Assembly: GCA_049322915.1 (NCBI GenBank)
Contig: JBMOPW010000034.1
Location: 351,670-415,669, forward strand
Length of the DNA stretch: 64,000 bases
Source of the DNA: Candidatus Zhuqueibacterota bacterium
GTDB taxonomy: Bacteria; Zhuqueibacterota; Zhuqueibacteria; Thermofontimicrobiales; Thermofontimicrobiaceae
Direction of reading: 5' to 3'
Shown: one piece after another, positions 37,899-47,525 of the stretch
Layout: the number at the start of each line of letters is the position of its first letter
Position numbering within the stretch: position 1 is the stretch's first letter
Translations under genes and position numbers: made by a program
Notes under the pieces: model-generated
Told to the model about the DNA's origin: nothing
Database searches by the model: none
What the model saw: the letters and a program-made list of their open reading frames with translations, nothing else

Positions 37899-38798
37899 TC
37901 ACTCCTCGAAGCGCTGAAAAGAAAACCCAAGAGAATCCAATCCCCGTTCCAGGTCGCGTTTCTGTGATTCCGTCAGGTCTTGCAGCGGCGGCCGGACAGC
38001 CGCCGTTTCAAATCCCCGTAAATACAGAATATATTTCGATACCGCCTGAAGCGGATAATTCGATATCAGCCGGCGATACTTCGAAAGCTGTAGGTGGAGA
38101 TATTCCGAATCGACGCCGGTTTTGAACGAAGCGAAGACGCTCAGCACCAGCTCAGGGTAAGTATTGCTCGCAGCGGTGATACAACCGCCTGCGCCGGCTT
38201 TCAATCCCGGATAGAAGAGCAGATCATTTCCAATATAAATATGAAGCTGCCGGAAGTCTTCGATAAATTTCCGCGACTCCTCCCATTCGCCGGATGAGTC
38301 TTTCAATCCCATCAAATTGGAGAACGACAGCAGTGGTTCGATGATGCCGTGATGCAGCGGAACCATAGTATTCTGAGGCATGTTGTAAAGAAAAATCGGG
38401 TGCTGAACGCGATTTAGTATCTCCCGATAATATTGGATAATTCCCTCAGCGTTGATTTTTTTATAATAGTACGGTGATGCAATGAGGAAACCGTCCACAC
38501 CCAGTTCTTTGCCGTAATCACATAGTCCGACAGTTTCAACAAAGGAACTGGTCCCTGCCTGAAAAAGAACCCGAAGATTGCCCCGGAACTTCATCACCCA
38601 GGCCAGCACATTTTTACGCTCTTCGACCGACAGCGACGGGAATTCCCCATTCGTCCCCTGCACGACAACGCCCTGGATTTTCTTTTCGTTGAGGAATTCA
38701 AGATGCTTTTTTATGTAGTTGAAATTGATCGATAGATCTTTTTCTGAAAACGGAGTCGGAATCGGCGCGAAAACGCCTTCGAACTGTTCAAAAACCAT
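37899..38798 (-). CDS. DapA/NAL-family class I aldolase (HOGA-like motif)
   Basis: IPTPF, QGTNGEF, SPYYY, LYNMP, Schiff-base Lys in GLKDSSG, VRPPL. Confidence 0.88.
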   Translation of the reverse strand: MVFEQFEGVFAPIPTPFSEKDLSINFNYIKKHLEFLNEKKIQGVVVQGTNGEFPSLSVEERKNVLAWVMKFRGNLRVLFQAGTSSFVETVGLCDYGKELGVDGFLIASPYYYKKINAEGIIQYYREILNRVQHPIFLYNMPQNTMVPLHHGIIEPLLSFSNLMGLKDSSGEWEESRKFIEDFRQLHIYIGNDLLFYPGLKAGAGGCITAASNTYPELVLSVFASFKTGVDSEYLHLQLSKYRRLISNYPLQAVSKYILYLRGFETAAVRPPLQDLTESQKRDLERGLDSLGFSFQRFEE

Positions 38799-39168
38799 GA
38801 CGTTACCTTTGTGCTCGATGAGACTTTTTCAGTAATTTGGCGGCGAATGGTTGACAAAATAAAAAATTTTCTCCACATTGTCAATAGTTATCTCATGGCC
38901 AATTCCAGGTCAATTCACTTTCAAAATTGTTCCATTGAGAAACATCTTTTTACATTCAGATACAAAATTGTAGCTGAATCAGCAACCTGTCCTGGCTGCC
39001 CCCTTTTGGCCATCACCCATCAAATGTGTATCTGTTTATTTTTTATGAGGTCGAGCGAATTATTCTTTTACCCATCGGAATTACAAAGGATTACGAAATG
39101 CTTGCATAGCCAGACTCATTTTTTTCGCTCGAAAAGACGGGCAGTAAAACGCTTCCGGCTTCTACAGA

Positions 39169-39185
39169 AAGGCACAGTATTTGCA
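39169..39185 (+). promoter_or_regulatory. Putative sigma54 (-24/-12) promoter
   Basis: AAGGCACAGTATTTGCA: GG-N10-GC with GGCAC and TTGCA, ~175 nt upstream of the 39359 start. Confidence 0.55.
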
Positions 39186-39358
39186 ATTGTATAGCGCATC
39201 TTCGATTTCAACATATTGATTTTGATCCGGCAATGGGTGATCTGGTCGGAAAAATGAACCAGCCCGGCGCCCGGCTGTAACAGGCAAATAGCCTGCTGTT
39301 TACATCATCACATTCGAGTAATTCACATGCATCCTGAATTAATCTGGAGTTGTAGCAA

Positions 39359-42265
39359 ATGAAATTCACCCGACTTTTTTCAGTCCTTGTTTTATCGCTC
39401 ACCGTGTTGGGGGGAACCGTGAGTTTTTCACAGACAGAATGGTCCAATGAAATCTTTATTTCCAGCGGCAATACGCCGGACCTGGTCATTGATCCTCAGA
39501 CCGCAACTCTTCACCTCGTTGTGATGACCAGCGCCGGTGTGAAGTATATCGTGCTGGACAGAAACGGCGTTGAGAAATCCCACGAAATGGTGCCCGGCGC
39601 AGAAAGCGACCGCGGCATGAGCAATTTCGGGGCATCGCTGGCGATCGACAGCCAGAAACGACCGCATGTCGGGTATCGCATCAAGGTTTCCGACAGTTGG
39701 ATTTACGACGTGTATTACACCCGAAAATTGGAGACGGGCTGGGCTCCTTCGATTAAAATTGCCGATGATCAGCTACGCGGGTATGTCGTGCGGCTGGCCG
39801 CTGATTCGGAAGACCGCATTCACTTCGGCCACGGCTCAGTGACCAACACTGAAACGAATACCGGCCCGGTAAATTATTACATCCTTGAAGACGGCGCTAT
39901 TTCACTGGAACAGCACAATGTCATGCAAATCCGCGGCGACGAGCGGTTCGAGCTGGATGCCACTTCGGAGGGAATCGTTGAACTGGTGACAGGCGATTAT
40001 TCCTATCCTGACGAAGGCGGGCCTATTTACTACTGGCGTTCCGGCGCTGCCGGCGGCGAGTTGGTTTACAAAGGCGACATTCACGATGCCGCTGTTGCGC
40101 GAGGCGGCGCCAATGGTTCGCCGGATTTATTCATCGACGCAGCGAAGAATGTCCACGTCTGTTATGGCGCTGAAATCGACAAGAATATCACGCTGGGGCC
40201 ATCGGTGCATTACTGCCGGCTGGTGAATGGCGCAAAAGTCAGGGACGTTCGGGTGACATCCAACGGCGAATTGACGGCTGAAGGTTGGATCGTTCCAATC
40301 GGTATCGCCTCGTTGGCAGCCAGCGAAGATGGCACTAAAATTGTTGTCGCCTATCTCGCTTCCAAGACTGGCCCCCTCTTCGCGCGATTATCCCAGGATG
40401 CCGGTCAAACCTGGGGCGCGCCCGTTAAAATTGCGGATGGTTGGGATTCTTCCGACGCCCGGAACAAGCACATTGTCCGCGCCTATCGCAGTAATTTCTA
40501 CATCGTCTATCCCTCTGCGAGCGGTATTAAACTTCGCCACTTGAAAATGACCCTCAATGAACCGCCGGTCGCCGAAGCCGGCGGCCCGTACACTGGCAGC
40601 GAAGGCTCTCCGGTCATGTTCGAAGTCTCCGGTTCTTACGATCCGGATGGCTCCATCATTAACTATCTCTGGGATTTTAAAGGCGACGGAACCTGGGATG
40701 ATACCACTGCGGCGCCGACCAACTCGTACTCCTATCCCGATGATTTTTCAGGCGTCATGAAAATTCGCGTTGTGGACAGCGATGATGAAGTCTCTGACGA
40801 CAATGCGAACGTAACTATTTCCAATGTCGCTCCCACTGCCGAAGCCGGCGGTCCCTACACCGGCACATGGGGGACGAACATCAATTTCACCGGGACATTC
40901 ATCGAACCGGGCAGCGCAGATATTCCGTCACTGACATTTATGTGGGACCTTGATGATGACGGAATATACGAATCCAACGGACAGAATGTGCAGTTCAGCT
41001 ACTCCCGGGACGAATCCCACAAAGTCCACTTCAAAGTCACGGATAAAAATGGCGGTCAGGGACTCGACTCCGCCACGGTGACCATCACCAACAGTGGGCC
41101 GGCCGTCAGTCAAATTCCACCCCAATCTGTCAGAAAAGGCGAGACGTTTTCGGCCATCACGCTGGACAATTTTGTGACTGACTCGGACAACGCCGATGAC
41201 CAGATCACCTGGTCCGTCACTGGCGTCAGTCATGTGGCCATAACAATCACCAATCGGGTGGCATCCATTGCAGCTCTCAATCCGCAGTGGATTGGCAGCG
41301 ACACAGTTCAATTTGTCGCCACCGACCCCGGCAATCGTACTGGCAGTTCGACGACCGCATTCACGGTGACGCCGTCCAACCAGCCGCCGAATGTGCAAAG
41401 CATCGCCGAACAGGTCATTCTCGAGAACGAAACCTTTCCCCTGCTCTATCTCGATAATTATGTCGAAGATCCGGATAACGCCGACAGCGAGCTTACGTGG
41501 AAGTGCTCCGGCAATTCGGAGCTCATTGTGACGTTGCAAAACCGGGTGCTGCATGTGGCCGCACCGGATTCCGAATGGGCGGGCAGCGAGAATTTAAAAA
41601 TCGTAGCCACTGATCCCGAGGGATTGAAAGACAGCACCACTGTCCGGTTCACGGTCTATGCGCTGAACGATGCGCCTGTCGTCACTAAAATTCAGGATCA
41701 AACCATCCTCGTTGGGAATTCATTCACGCCAATTTATCTGGACAGCTACGTGTTCGACGTCGATGATCCGGACAGCGACATCGTCTGGACAGCGTTTGGC
41801 ATGATCGAGTTGCAGGTTCAGATCACGAATCGGGTCGCCACCATTACGCCGCCTTTTTCGGATTGGATAGGCAGCGAAACGGTTATTTTTTATGCCAAAG
41901 ATCCGGGGCAGCTCATCGGAAATTCAATCACTGTTTTCACCGTGCATACCATCGACGGGGTGGCCAGTGAAGAAAATATCATCCCGACAAAATTCGCGCT
42001 GCATCCCAATTATCCCAATCCATTCAATCCGGAAACGACGATCCGGTTCGATATTCCCACGGCAAGCGAAGTGCGGATTATCGTTTACAACCATCTTGGG
42101 CAGCAGGTGAAAGCGCTGGTGAATGAGATGAAATCGCCCGGCCGCTATTCGGTCAACTGGAATGGCTGCGACGATGCCGGCAGCAAAGTCAGCTCCGGAG
42201 TTTATCTTTACCGCATCGAAGCCGAAGGATTTACGTCAACGCAGAAGATGATGCTTATTTTTTAA
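39359..42265 (+). CDS. Large secreted protein: propeller-like N-domain, 2 PKD domains, 3 cadherin-like Ig repeats, C-terminal secretion/FlgD-Ig tail
   Basis: Signal peptide; Asp-box SQDAGQTW; AEAGGPYTG twice with WDFKGDG / WDLDDDG; LDNFVTDSDN, LDNYVEDPDN, LDSYVFDVDD; NYPNPFNPETTIRF...VSSGVYLYRI...KMMLI. Confidence 0.85.
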   Translation: MKFTRLFSVLVLSLTVLGGTVSFSQTEWSNEIFISSGNTPDLVIDPQTATLHLVVMTSAGVKYIVLDRNGVEKSHEMVPGAESDRGMSNFGASLAIDSQKRPHVGYRIKVSDSWIYDVYYTRKLETGWAPSIKIADDQLRGYVVRLAADSEDRIHFGHGSVTNTETNTGPVNYYILEDGAISLEQHNVMQIRGDERFELDATSEGIVELVTGDYSYPDEGGPIYYWRSGAAGGELVYKGDIHDAAVARGGANGSPDLFIDAAKNVHVCYGAEIDKNITLGPSVHYCRLVNGAKVRDVRVTSNGELTAEGWIVPIGIASLAASEDGTKIVVAYLASKTGPLFARLSQDAGQTWGAPVKIADGWDSSDARNKHIVRAYRSNFYIVYPSASGIKLRHLKMTLNEPPVAEAGGPYTGSEGSPVMFEVSGSYDPDGSIINYLWDFKGDGTWDDTTAAPTNSYSYPDDFSGVMKIRVVDSDDEVSDDNANVTISNVAPTAEAGGPYTGTWGTNINFTGTFIEPGSADIPSLTFMWDLDDDGIYESNGQNVQFSYSRDESHKVHFKVTDKNGGQGLDSATVTITNSGPAVSQIPPQSVRKGETFSAITLDNFVTDSDNADDQITWSVTGVSHVAITITNRVASIAALNPQWIGSDTVQFVATDPGNRTGSSTTAFTVTPSNQPPNVQSIAEQVILENETFPLLYLDNYVEDPDNADSELTWKCSGNSELIVTLQNRVLHVAAPDSEWAGSENLKIVATDPEGLKDSTTVRFTVYALNDAPVVTKIQDQTILVGNSFTPIYLDSYVFDVDDPDSDIVWTAFGMIELQVQITNRVATITPPFSDWIGSETVIFYAKDPGQLIGNSITVFTVHTIDGVASEENIIPTKFALHPNYPNPFNPETTIRFDIPTASEVRIIVYNHLGQQVKALVNEMKSPGRYSVNWNGCDDAGSKVSSGVYLYRIEAEGFTSTQKMMLIF

Positions 42266-42316
42266 CATAAAACAATAGCCTGAGTCCTCCACTTGGGTCA
42301 AATGTTGTGCATGTTG

Positions 42317-42347
42317 AACCGTGCTTTCCGCGAAGGCACGGTTTTTT
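42317..42347 (+). terminator. Intrinsic terminator
   Basis: AACCGTGCTTTC-CGC-GAAGGCACGGTT followed by a T run. Confidence 0.75.
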
Positions 42348-42460
42348 ATTATCGCTGAGAAGACAACGACGCCCGAACCGGGCTGCGCATGTCGCGGTGG
42401 AGTCGTTTCAACAGCGTTCATCAGCCGCGGGCTACACCCAGAAAATTGGCAAAATTGTCC

Positions 42461-42489
42461 TTGATTCTTTCATTAAGTTTTATTATAGT
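42461..42489 (+). promoter_or_regulatory. Putative sigma70-type promoter preceding a ~250-nt leader
   Basis: TTGATT-N17-TATAGT. Confidence 0.55.
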
Positions 42490-42749
42490 TTCTGACACTC
42501 ATTCAGGCAGGCATCTTCGCGGAACCGTCGACTCAGCGCAGCGCGCTGATACCTTTGGCGCTTCATCAGGCGGTTCTTTCGAAAGATTTGGGGCAAACTC
42601 GTCCATCTGCGGCAGCCTCGCTGTCGATATGGGCGCGGAACGAGCTTTGAAAGCCCTTTGCCTGAGAATTATCTTCGACCTGACGATGCTCTGAATAATA
42701 ACCTGGAGTTGATCGAGCCAGACAAACGAGACCTCGAACCGGAGTTGCA

Positions 42750-44141
42750 ATGAAAATTCACTTTTTAGGCGCTGTCAGAACCGTCACCGGATCCATGCAC
42801 ATCCTTGAAATCAATCATAAAAAAATTCTCATCGATTGCGGTATGTTTCAGGGCCGGCGCAAAGAAGCAGAAAATAAAAACCGGCATCTGCCCTTCCGTC
42901 CCGAAGATATCGACGTGGCTGTCCTGTCCCACGCCCATATCGATCATTCGGGCAATATCCCCAATCTGGTGAAGAACGGATACAGCGGAAAAATCCATGC
43001 GACCGAAGCCACCTGCCACTTGTGCCAGGCCATGCTGCTGGACAGCGGGCATATTCAGGAAAAAGACGTCGAGTATCTGAATAAAAAACGCCAACGTCAG
43101 GGCGAGCCGCTGCTTGAGCCTTTGTACACGAAGGACGATGCCGTTGCCTCGCTGGAACATTTTGAAAAACATGATTATTACAAACCGTTCGAACTGGTCG
43201 ATGGCGTCACTGCCACCTTTTTTGACGCCGGCCATATTCTCGGTTCGTCGCTGATCAAATTCACCATCAACGAGAACGGACGCACTGTCAATCTGGGCTA
43301 CATCGTCGATCTGGGACGCAAGAATCTTCCCATTTTGCGCGACCCGGACATCATCCCGGACCTGAATTATATGATCACCGAAAGCACCTACGGCGGCCGG
43401 GTTCATGAAAATATTCTATTTGCCGAAGAAAGACTGGCACAGTTGATCCATCGCGTCTATGACCGCGGCGGGAAAATTATCATTCCGTCGTTCGCCATGG
43501 AGCGGACTCAGGAAATCGTCTATTGTCTGAACAATCTATGGGAGCACGATAGCGTCCCCAAAATCCCGGTGTTTGTGGACAGCCCCCTGGCGGTGAATGT
43601 GACCGATATTTTTAAAGCCCATCCGGAATGTTTCGACGCCGAGACGCAGCTTCTTCTCAGGAACAATGACGACCCGTTTGGGTTCAGCAAATTGAGATAT
43701 GTTAAAGAGGTGCAGGAATCCATGCAGATCAATAAAATGCGGCAATCATGCATCATCATTTCCGCTTCCGGCATGTGCGAGACCGGGCGAATTTTGCATC
43801 ATCTCAAAAACAATATTGAAAATCCCGGCAATCTGATCCTGATCGTCGGCTTCATGGCGCAGAATACCCTGGGTCGGAAACTGGTTGAAAAATGGCCGGT
43901 GGTGAAAATATTCGGCGTCGACTACAACCTGGGCGCCGAAGTCGTTGTGATGAACGCGTTCAGCGCGCATGCGGACCGAAACGACCTGCTCCATTACGCG
44001 CGCAGCACACGGACTGGATTGAAAAAGACGTTTCTTGTCCACGGCGAGGAGAGCCAGTCGCTCGCTCTTCAAAAATTGCTGCACGAAGACGGCTTCACCG
44101 ATGTGTTCGTCCCTTCGCCGGGAGATGTTGTTGAAGTTTAG
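42750..44141 (+). CDS. Metallo-beta-lactamase-fold beta-CASP ribonuclease (YSH1/TTHA0252-like)
   Basis: VTGS, DCGMFQG, SHAHIDHSG, AGHILGS, ESTYG, SASGM..GRILHHL, FSAHAD, LVHGE. Confidence 0.93.
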   Translation: MKIHFLGAVRTVTGSMHILEINHKKILIDCGMFQGRRKEAENKNRHLPFRPEDIDVAVLSHAHIDHSGNIPNLVKNGYSGKIHATEATCHLCQAMLLDSGHIQEKDVEYLNKKRQRQGEPLLEPLYTKDDAVASLEHFEKHDYYKPFELVDGVTATFFDAGHILGSSLIKFTINENGRTVNLGYIVDLGRKNLPILRDPDIIPDLNYMITESTYGGRVHENILFAEERLAQLIHRVYDRGGKIIIPSFAMERTQEIVYCLNNLWEHDSVPKIPVFVDSPLAVNVTDIFKAHPECFDAETQLLLRNNDDPFGFSKLRYVKEVQESMQINKMRQSCIIISASGMCETGRILHHLKNNIENPGNLILIVGFMAQNTLGRKLVEKWPVVKIFGVDYNLGAEVVVMNAFSAHADRNDLLHYARSTRTGLKKTFLVHGEESQSLALQKLLHEDGFTDVFVPSPGDVVEV

Positions 44142-44229
44142 TTTATTGTAATCTCGATTTGATTTAAAAACAGTCAGTTTGCAAATAAAAGTGACTTGAA
44201 GCATTAAATGAACTTCATATGAGGTGACA

Positions 44230-45387
44230 ATGGAATATTCTGAAAAGTGGGAAATAGTCGAAGAACTCGGAAGTGGAGGACAAGGCAAAGTGTTTCGGGT
44301 TATTCCAAAATCCATAGGTTCCTTAATGGATAGAAGGTTGATAAATGCTCTAAAAAGGATTGGCAAACTCTCAGATATATATTATGACGAAGATAGTGAG
44401 GATAATAAAACACTTAAAGAAGGCATTATAAACCTTATAAAAAGAGAAGATATTTCAAATCATAATGCTTTAAAAGTACTTCACAAACCTGAAGATGCGA
44501 GGGATTCTACATTAGCCGATAAAAGAATTAGAAATGAAATTGAAGCGATGGCACAGGTTAATCATTTTAATTTACTGAAAATTATTGAGTATGATTTGGA
44601 TTCAAAATGGTTTGTATCAAAGTATTATCCAAAAGGCTCAATTTCAAAAAATAGAGAGTTATACGCAGGAAAATTATTTGCTGCTTTAAATGCTTTCCGA
44701 CCTTTAGTCGAAGGAGTGGTAGAATTACATAATAACAATATGGTTCATCGAGATATAAAACCAGAAAACGTATTTATTGATCAAGACAACAACTTAATTC
44801 TTGGTGATTTTGGACTCATTTTTTTACTTGACAATGATAAAACAAGATTCTCCGATACAATAGAAAACGTAGGAAGTAGAGATTGGATGCCTCCTTGGGC
44901 ATACGGTGTTCGAGTGGAACACATTAAAAAATCATTTGATGTGTTTTGTTTGGGAAAACTACTGTGGTCGCTTCTGTCTGGCAAACCAAAGTTACTTCTC
45001 TGGTATTATTATAAACAAGGGGTTAATCTTGAATATTTATTTCCAAAAAATCCTCTTATGAAACATATAAACCGTGTACTGGGATTATGTATTGTAGAAG
45101 ATGAAGGAAAATGTTTACCCGATGCAAATGCTCTACTCAATGAAATTGATAATTTATTATTTATCGTTAAGCAAAATGTAGACTTGATTGATTTCGGTAC
45201 TGAAAGAAAATGCAAAGAATGTGGTAAAGGTATATATCAATTAAAAGTCGATGAGAACATAACCGCATTACATAACTTTGGAATTCAACCAGTTGGAAAC
45301 CGAAAATGGAAAATTTTTACTTGTACAAATTGTGAACACGTCCAATTTTTCTCTTATGAAGGGAAAATCCCAGAGGCATGGAAATAA
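44230..45387 (+). CDS. Hanks-type Ser/Thr protein kinase with C-terminal Cys4 zinc ribbon; strongly AT-rich
   Basis: LGSGGQGKV, ALKVL, NEIEAM, HRDIKPEN, GDFGL, VGSRDWMPP, FDVFCLG; CKEC...CTNC; GAGG SD. Confidence 0.9.
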   Translation: MEYSEKWEIVEELGSGGQGKVFRVIPKSIGSLMDRRLINALKRIGKLSDIYYDEDSEDNKTLKEGIINLIKREDISNHNALKVLHKPEDARDSTLADKRIRNEIEAMAQVNHFNLLKIIEYDLDSKWFVSKYYPKGSISKNRELYAGKLFAALNAFRPLVEGVVELHNNNMVHRDIKPENVFIDQDNNLILGDFGLIFLLDNDKTRFSDTIENVGSRDWMPPWAYGVRVEHIKKSFDVFCLGKLLWSLLSGKPKLLLWYYYKQGVNLEYLFPKNPLMKHINRVLGLCIVEDEGKCLPDANALLNEIDNLLFIVKQNVDLIDFGTERKCKECGKGIYQLKVDENITALHNFGIQPVGNRKWKIFTCTNCEHVQFFSYEGKIPEAWK

Positions 45388-45477
45388 TAAGTGTTAAAAA
45401 AGCAAAAAATATATTCCATCAAATATTAACTTATTTTTGTAAATACATTAAAACGTTATACAATAGGTAATTGAAGA

Positions 45478-46584
45478 ATGAAAATCCCCAAGCGAATTGG
45501 CATCCTCACAGGCGGTGGTGACTGCCCCGGATTGAATGCGGTCATTCGGGCTGTTGTCAAAACTGCCATCAACGATTATGATATCAAAGTCACCGGTTTT
45601 CTGGACGGGTTCGAAGGTCTCGTCGAAAACAAGACCGTTGTGTTGAACGAGAGCAATGTGTCCGGGATACTCACCCGCGGCGGGACTATTCTTGGGACGA
45701 GCAATCGCGCTGATCCATTTGCCTACCCGGTACTTGAAAATGGAAAAACCGAGTACCGCGACCGCTCCGATCAACTGCTGAATACCTTTGAACAACACGG
45801 GCTGGAGGCGCTGGTGTGCATCGGCGGCGATGGCACCATGACGGTGAGTCAGAAAATCGCTCAAAAAGGAATCAATGTCGTTGGCATCCCCAAAACAATC
45901 GACAACGATTTGATGGGGACCGACGTGACCTTTGGCTATGATTCGGCGCTGACCACTGCGACAGAAGCCATCGATAAAATCCACACAACCGCCCAATCGC
46001 ATCATCGCTTGATGGTCATTGAAGTGATGGGGCGTTACGCCGGCTGGCTTTCACTGGGCTCAGGCATTGCCGGCGGCGGCGACATCATTCTCATCCCGGA
46101 AATTCCCTACGACATCCAGTTCGTCTGTCAGAAAATCAAAGAGCGAAATTATCAGGGCAAACATTTCAGCATTCTGGTCGTGGGAGAAGGCGCAAAGCCC
46201 AAAGGCGGCGATATGGTCGTCAATCGAACGGTGGACGGCAGTCCGGAGCCGATTCGTCTCGGCGGCATCGGCCATAAAGTGGCCAATGATATTGAGAACG
46301 TCATTGCCGTGGAAACGCGGGTGACGGTGTTGGGGCATCTGCTGCGCGGTGGGGTTCCCACGCCGGCAGACCGTCTGCTGGCCACGCGCTTTGGTGTGGC
46401 TGCGGCTAAGCTCATCGAAAAGCAAAATTTCGGAAAAATGGTGGCCCTGCGCGGCGATAAAATCACCTCGGCGCCCATCAGCGAAGTCGCCGGCAAAACC
46501 AGGACAATTCCACTGGACTCCCCCCTGCTCGCTGTCGCGCGCTCCGTGGGCACGTGCCTCGGCGATGATTTGAAATGCGGATAG
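45478..46584 (+). CDS. pfkA: 6-phosphofructokinase (PfkA family, group III-like)
   Basis: TGGGDCPGLNAVIR, GGTILGTS, IGGDGT, PKTIDND, EVMGR, LGHLLRGG. Confidence 0.95.
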   Translation: MKIPKRIGILTGGGDCPGLNAVIRAVVKTAINDYDIKVTGFLDGFEGLVENKTVVLNESNVSGILTRGGTILGTSNRADPFAYPVLENGKTEYRDRSDQLLNTFEQHGLEALVCIGGDGTMTVSQKIAQKGINVVGIPKTIDNDLMGTDVTFGYDSALTTATEAIDKIHTTAQSHHRLMVIEVMGRYAGWLSLGSGIAGGGDIILIPEIPYDIQFVCQKIKERNYQGKHFSILVVGEGAKPKGGDMVVNRTVDGSPEPIRLGGIGHKVANDIENVIAVETRVTVLGHLLRGGVPTPADRLLATRFGVAAAKLIEKQNFGKMVALRGDKITSAPISEVAGKTRTIPLDSPLLAVARSVGTCLGDDLKCG

Positions 46585-46709
46585 TTCGCGAAGCGCAGCG
46601 CCTCTGGCCAGAGCAATTGCTACGCCTGATGAGAGAATGGCTGAATCGTTCGCTCATCAGGCATTTCTTTTATCGGAATCAACCACCGGCCAAGTCGGAC
46701 TGCTATCGC

Positions 46710-47384
46710 CTACCAGGCTAATTTCAGCACCTCTTCGACGCATCGGTCGATGCCTTTGGCAACGAAGGAAATCGTGGGACCCAGCATGTACGCCGGCGCG
46801 GAGACGAGCTTATTGGCCGTATCAATGGCCACCTCGTCGACGTTGCAGTTAACGTGAATGCCGCCCATCTTTTCGATAGCGCTGGCGGTTCCGGCATCCT
46901 TGCCGATGGTCACCCGCGTACTGAATTTTCCCAATATTTTGGCCGCCAGCACCGGCGCAATGCAGATAAATCCCTGTGGCTTCTTCGCAGCATGCATCTC
47001 CTTCACCAGGCGTTCCACATCGGCATTTACGCTGCAATTGACCCCATCCACCGAGAACGTGCACAGATTTTTCGCCGCGCCAAATCCGCCGGGGAAAATC
47101 AGCGCGTCAATGTCTTTCGCCGTCACCTGACTCATCTTTTTAATTTCGCCCCGCGCGATGCGGCTGGACTCCTGCAATACGTTTCGGGATTCGCCTTTGG
47201 CCGGCTCGCCCTTGACATGATCGATCACGTGCATCTGCGCCACATCCGGGGCCATGCACAAAATCTTCGCGCCCAACCGATCCAGCGCCAGCAGCGTCAG
47301 CACTGCTTCGTGAATCTCACTGCCGTCATAAACTCCGCATCCGGCGAGCACAACGCCGACCGTTTTATCCGTGTAATGCGACAT
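46710..47384 (-). CDS. elbB: ElbB glyoxalase (DJ-1/PfpI superfamily)
   Basis: LAGCGVYDGSEIHEAV, RNVLQESSRIARG, PGGFGAAKNL, ICIAP, SAPAYM; upstream TTGACA-N17-TATATT (47480-47452). Confidence 0.95.
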   Translation of the reverse strand: MSHYTDKTVGVVLAGCGVYDGSEIHEAVLTLLALDRLGAKILCMAPDVAQMHVIDHVKGEPAKGESRNVLQESSRIARGEIKKMSQVTAKDIDALIFPGGFGAAKNLCTFSVDGVNCSVNADVERLVKEMHAAKKPQGFICIAPVLAAKILGKFSTRVTIGKDAGTASAIEKMGGIHVNCNVDEVAIDTANKLVSAPAYMLGPTISFVAKGIDRCVEEVLKLAW

Positions 47385-47525
47385 ACATAACCTCCACTCG
47401 TTTTGCGTTTCGAACTGCCTGTTTCAATTGTCGATGGAATGAACTCAGAAGAATATATCAAAATGACGCCCACTTGTCAATAGAAAAATCACCTCCCATT
47501 GCCGGGAAATACACCAAAAAAAACC

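Noticed and set aside
38811..39194. 127-aa ORF in the divergent intergenic region
   Set aside because: No SD or recognisable domain, atypical composition, overlaps promoter motifs
42334..42350. Second sigma54 promoter (AGGCACGGTTTTTTAT)
   Set aside because: No GC at -12; the sequence is the 3' arm of a terminator hairpin
42750..45387. MBL hydrolase plus kinase as a two-gene defence system
   Set aside because: The MBL gene is a typical housekeeping beta-CASP RNase with host-like composition, whereas the kinase is compositionally foreign; the adjacency is better explained by insertion
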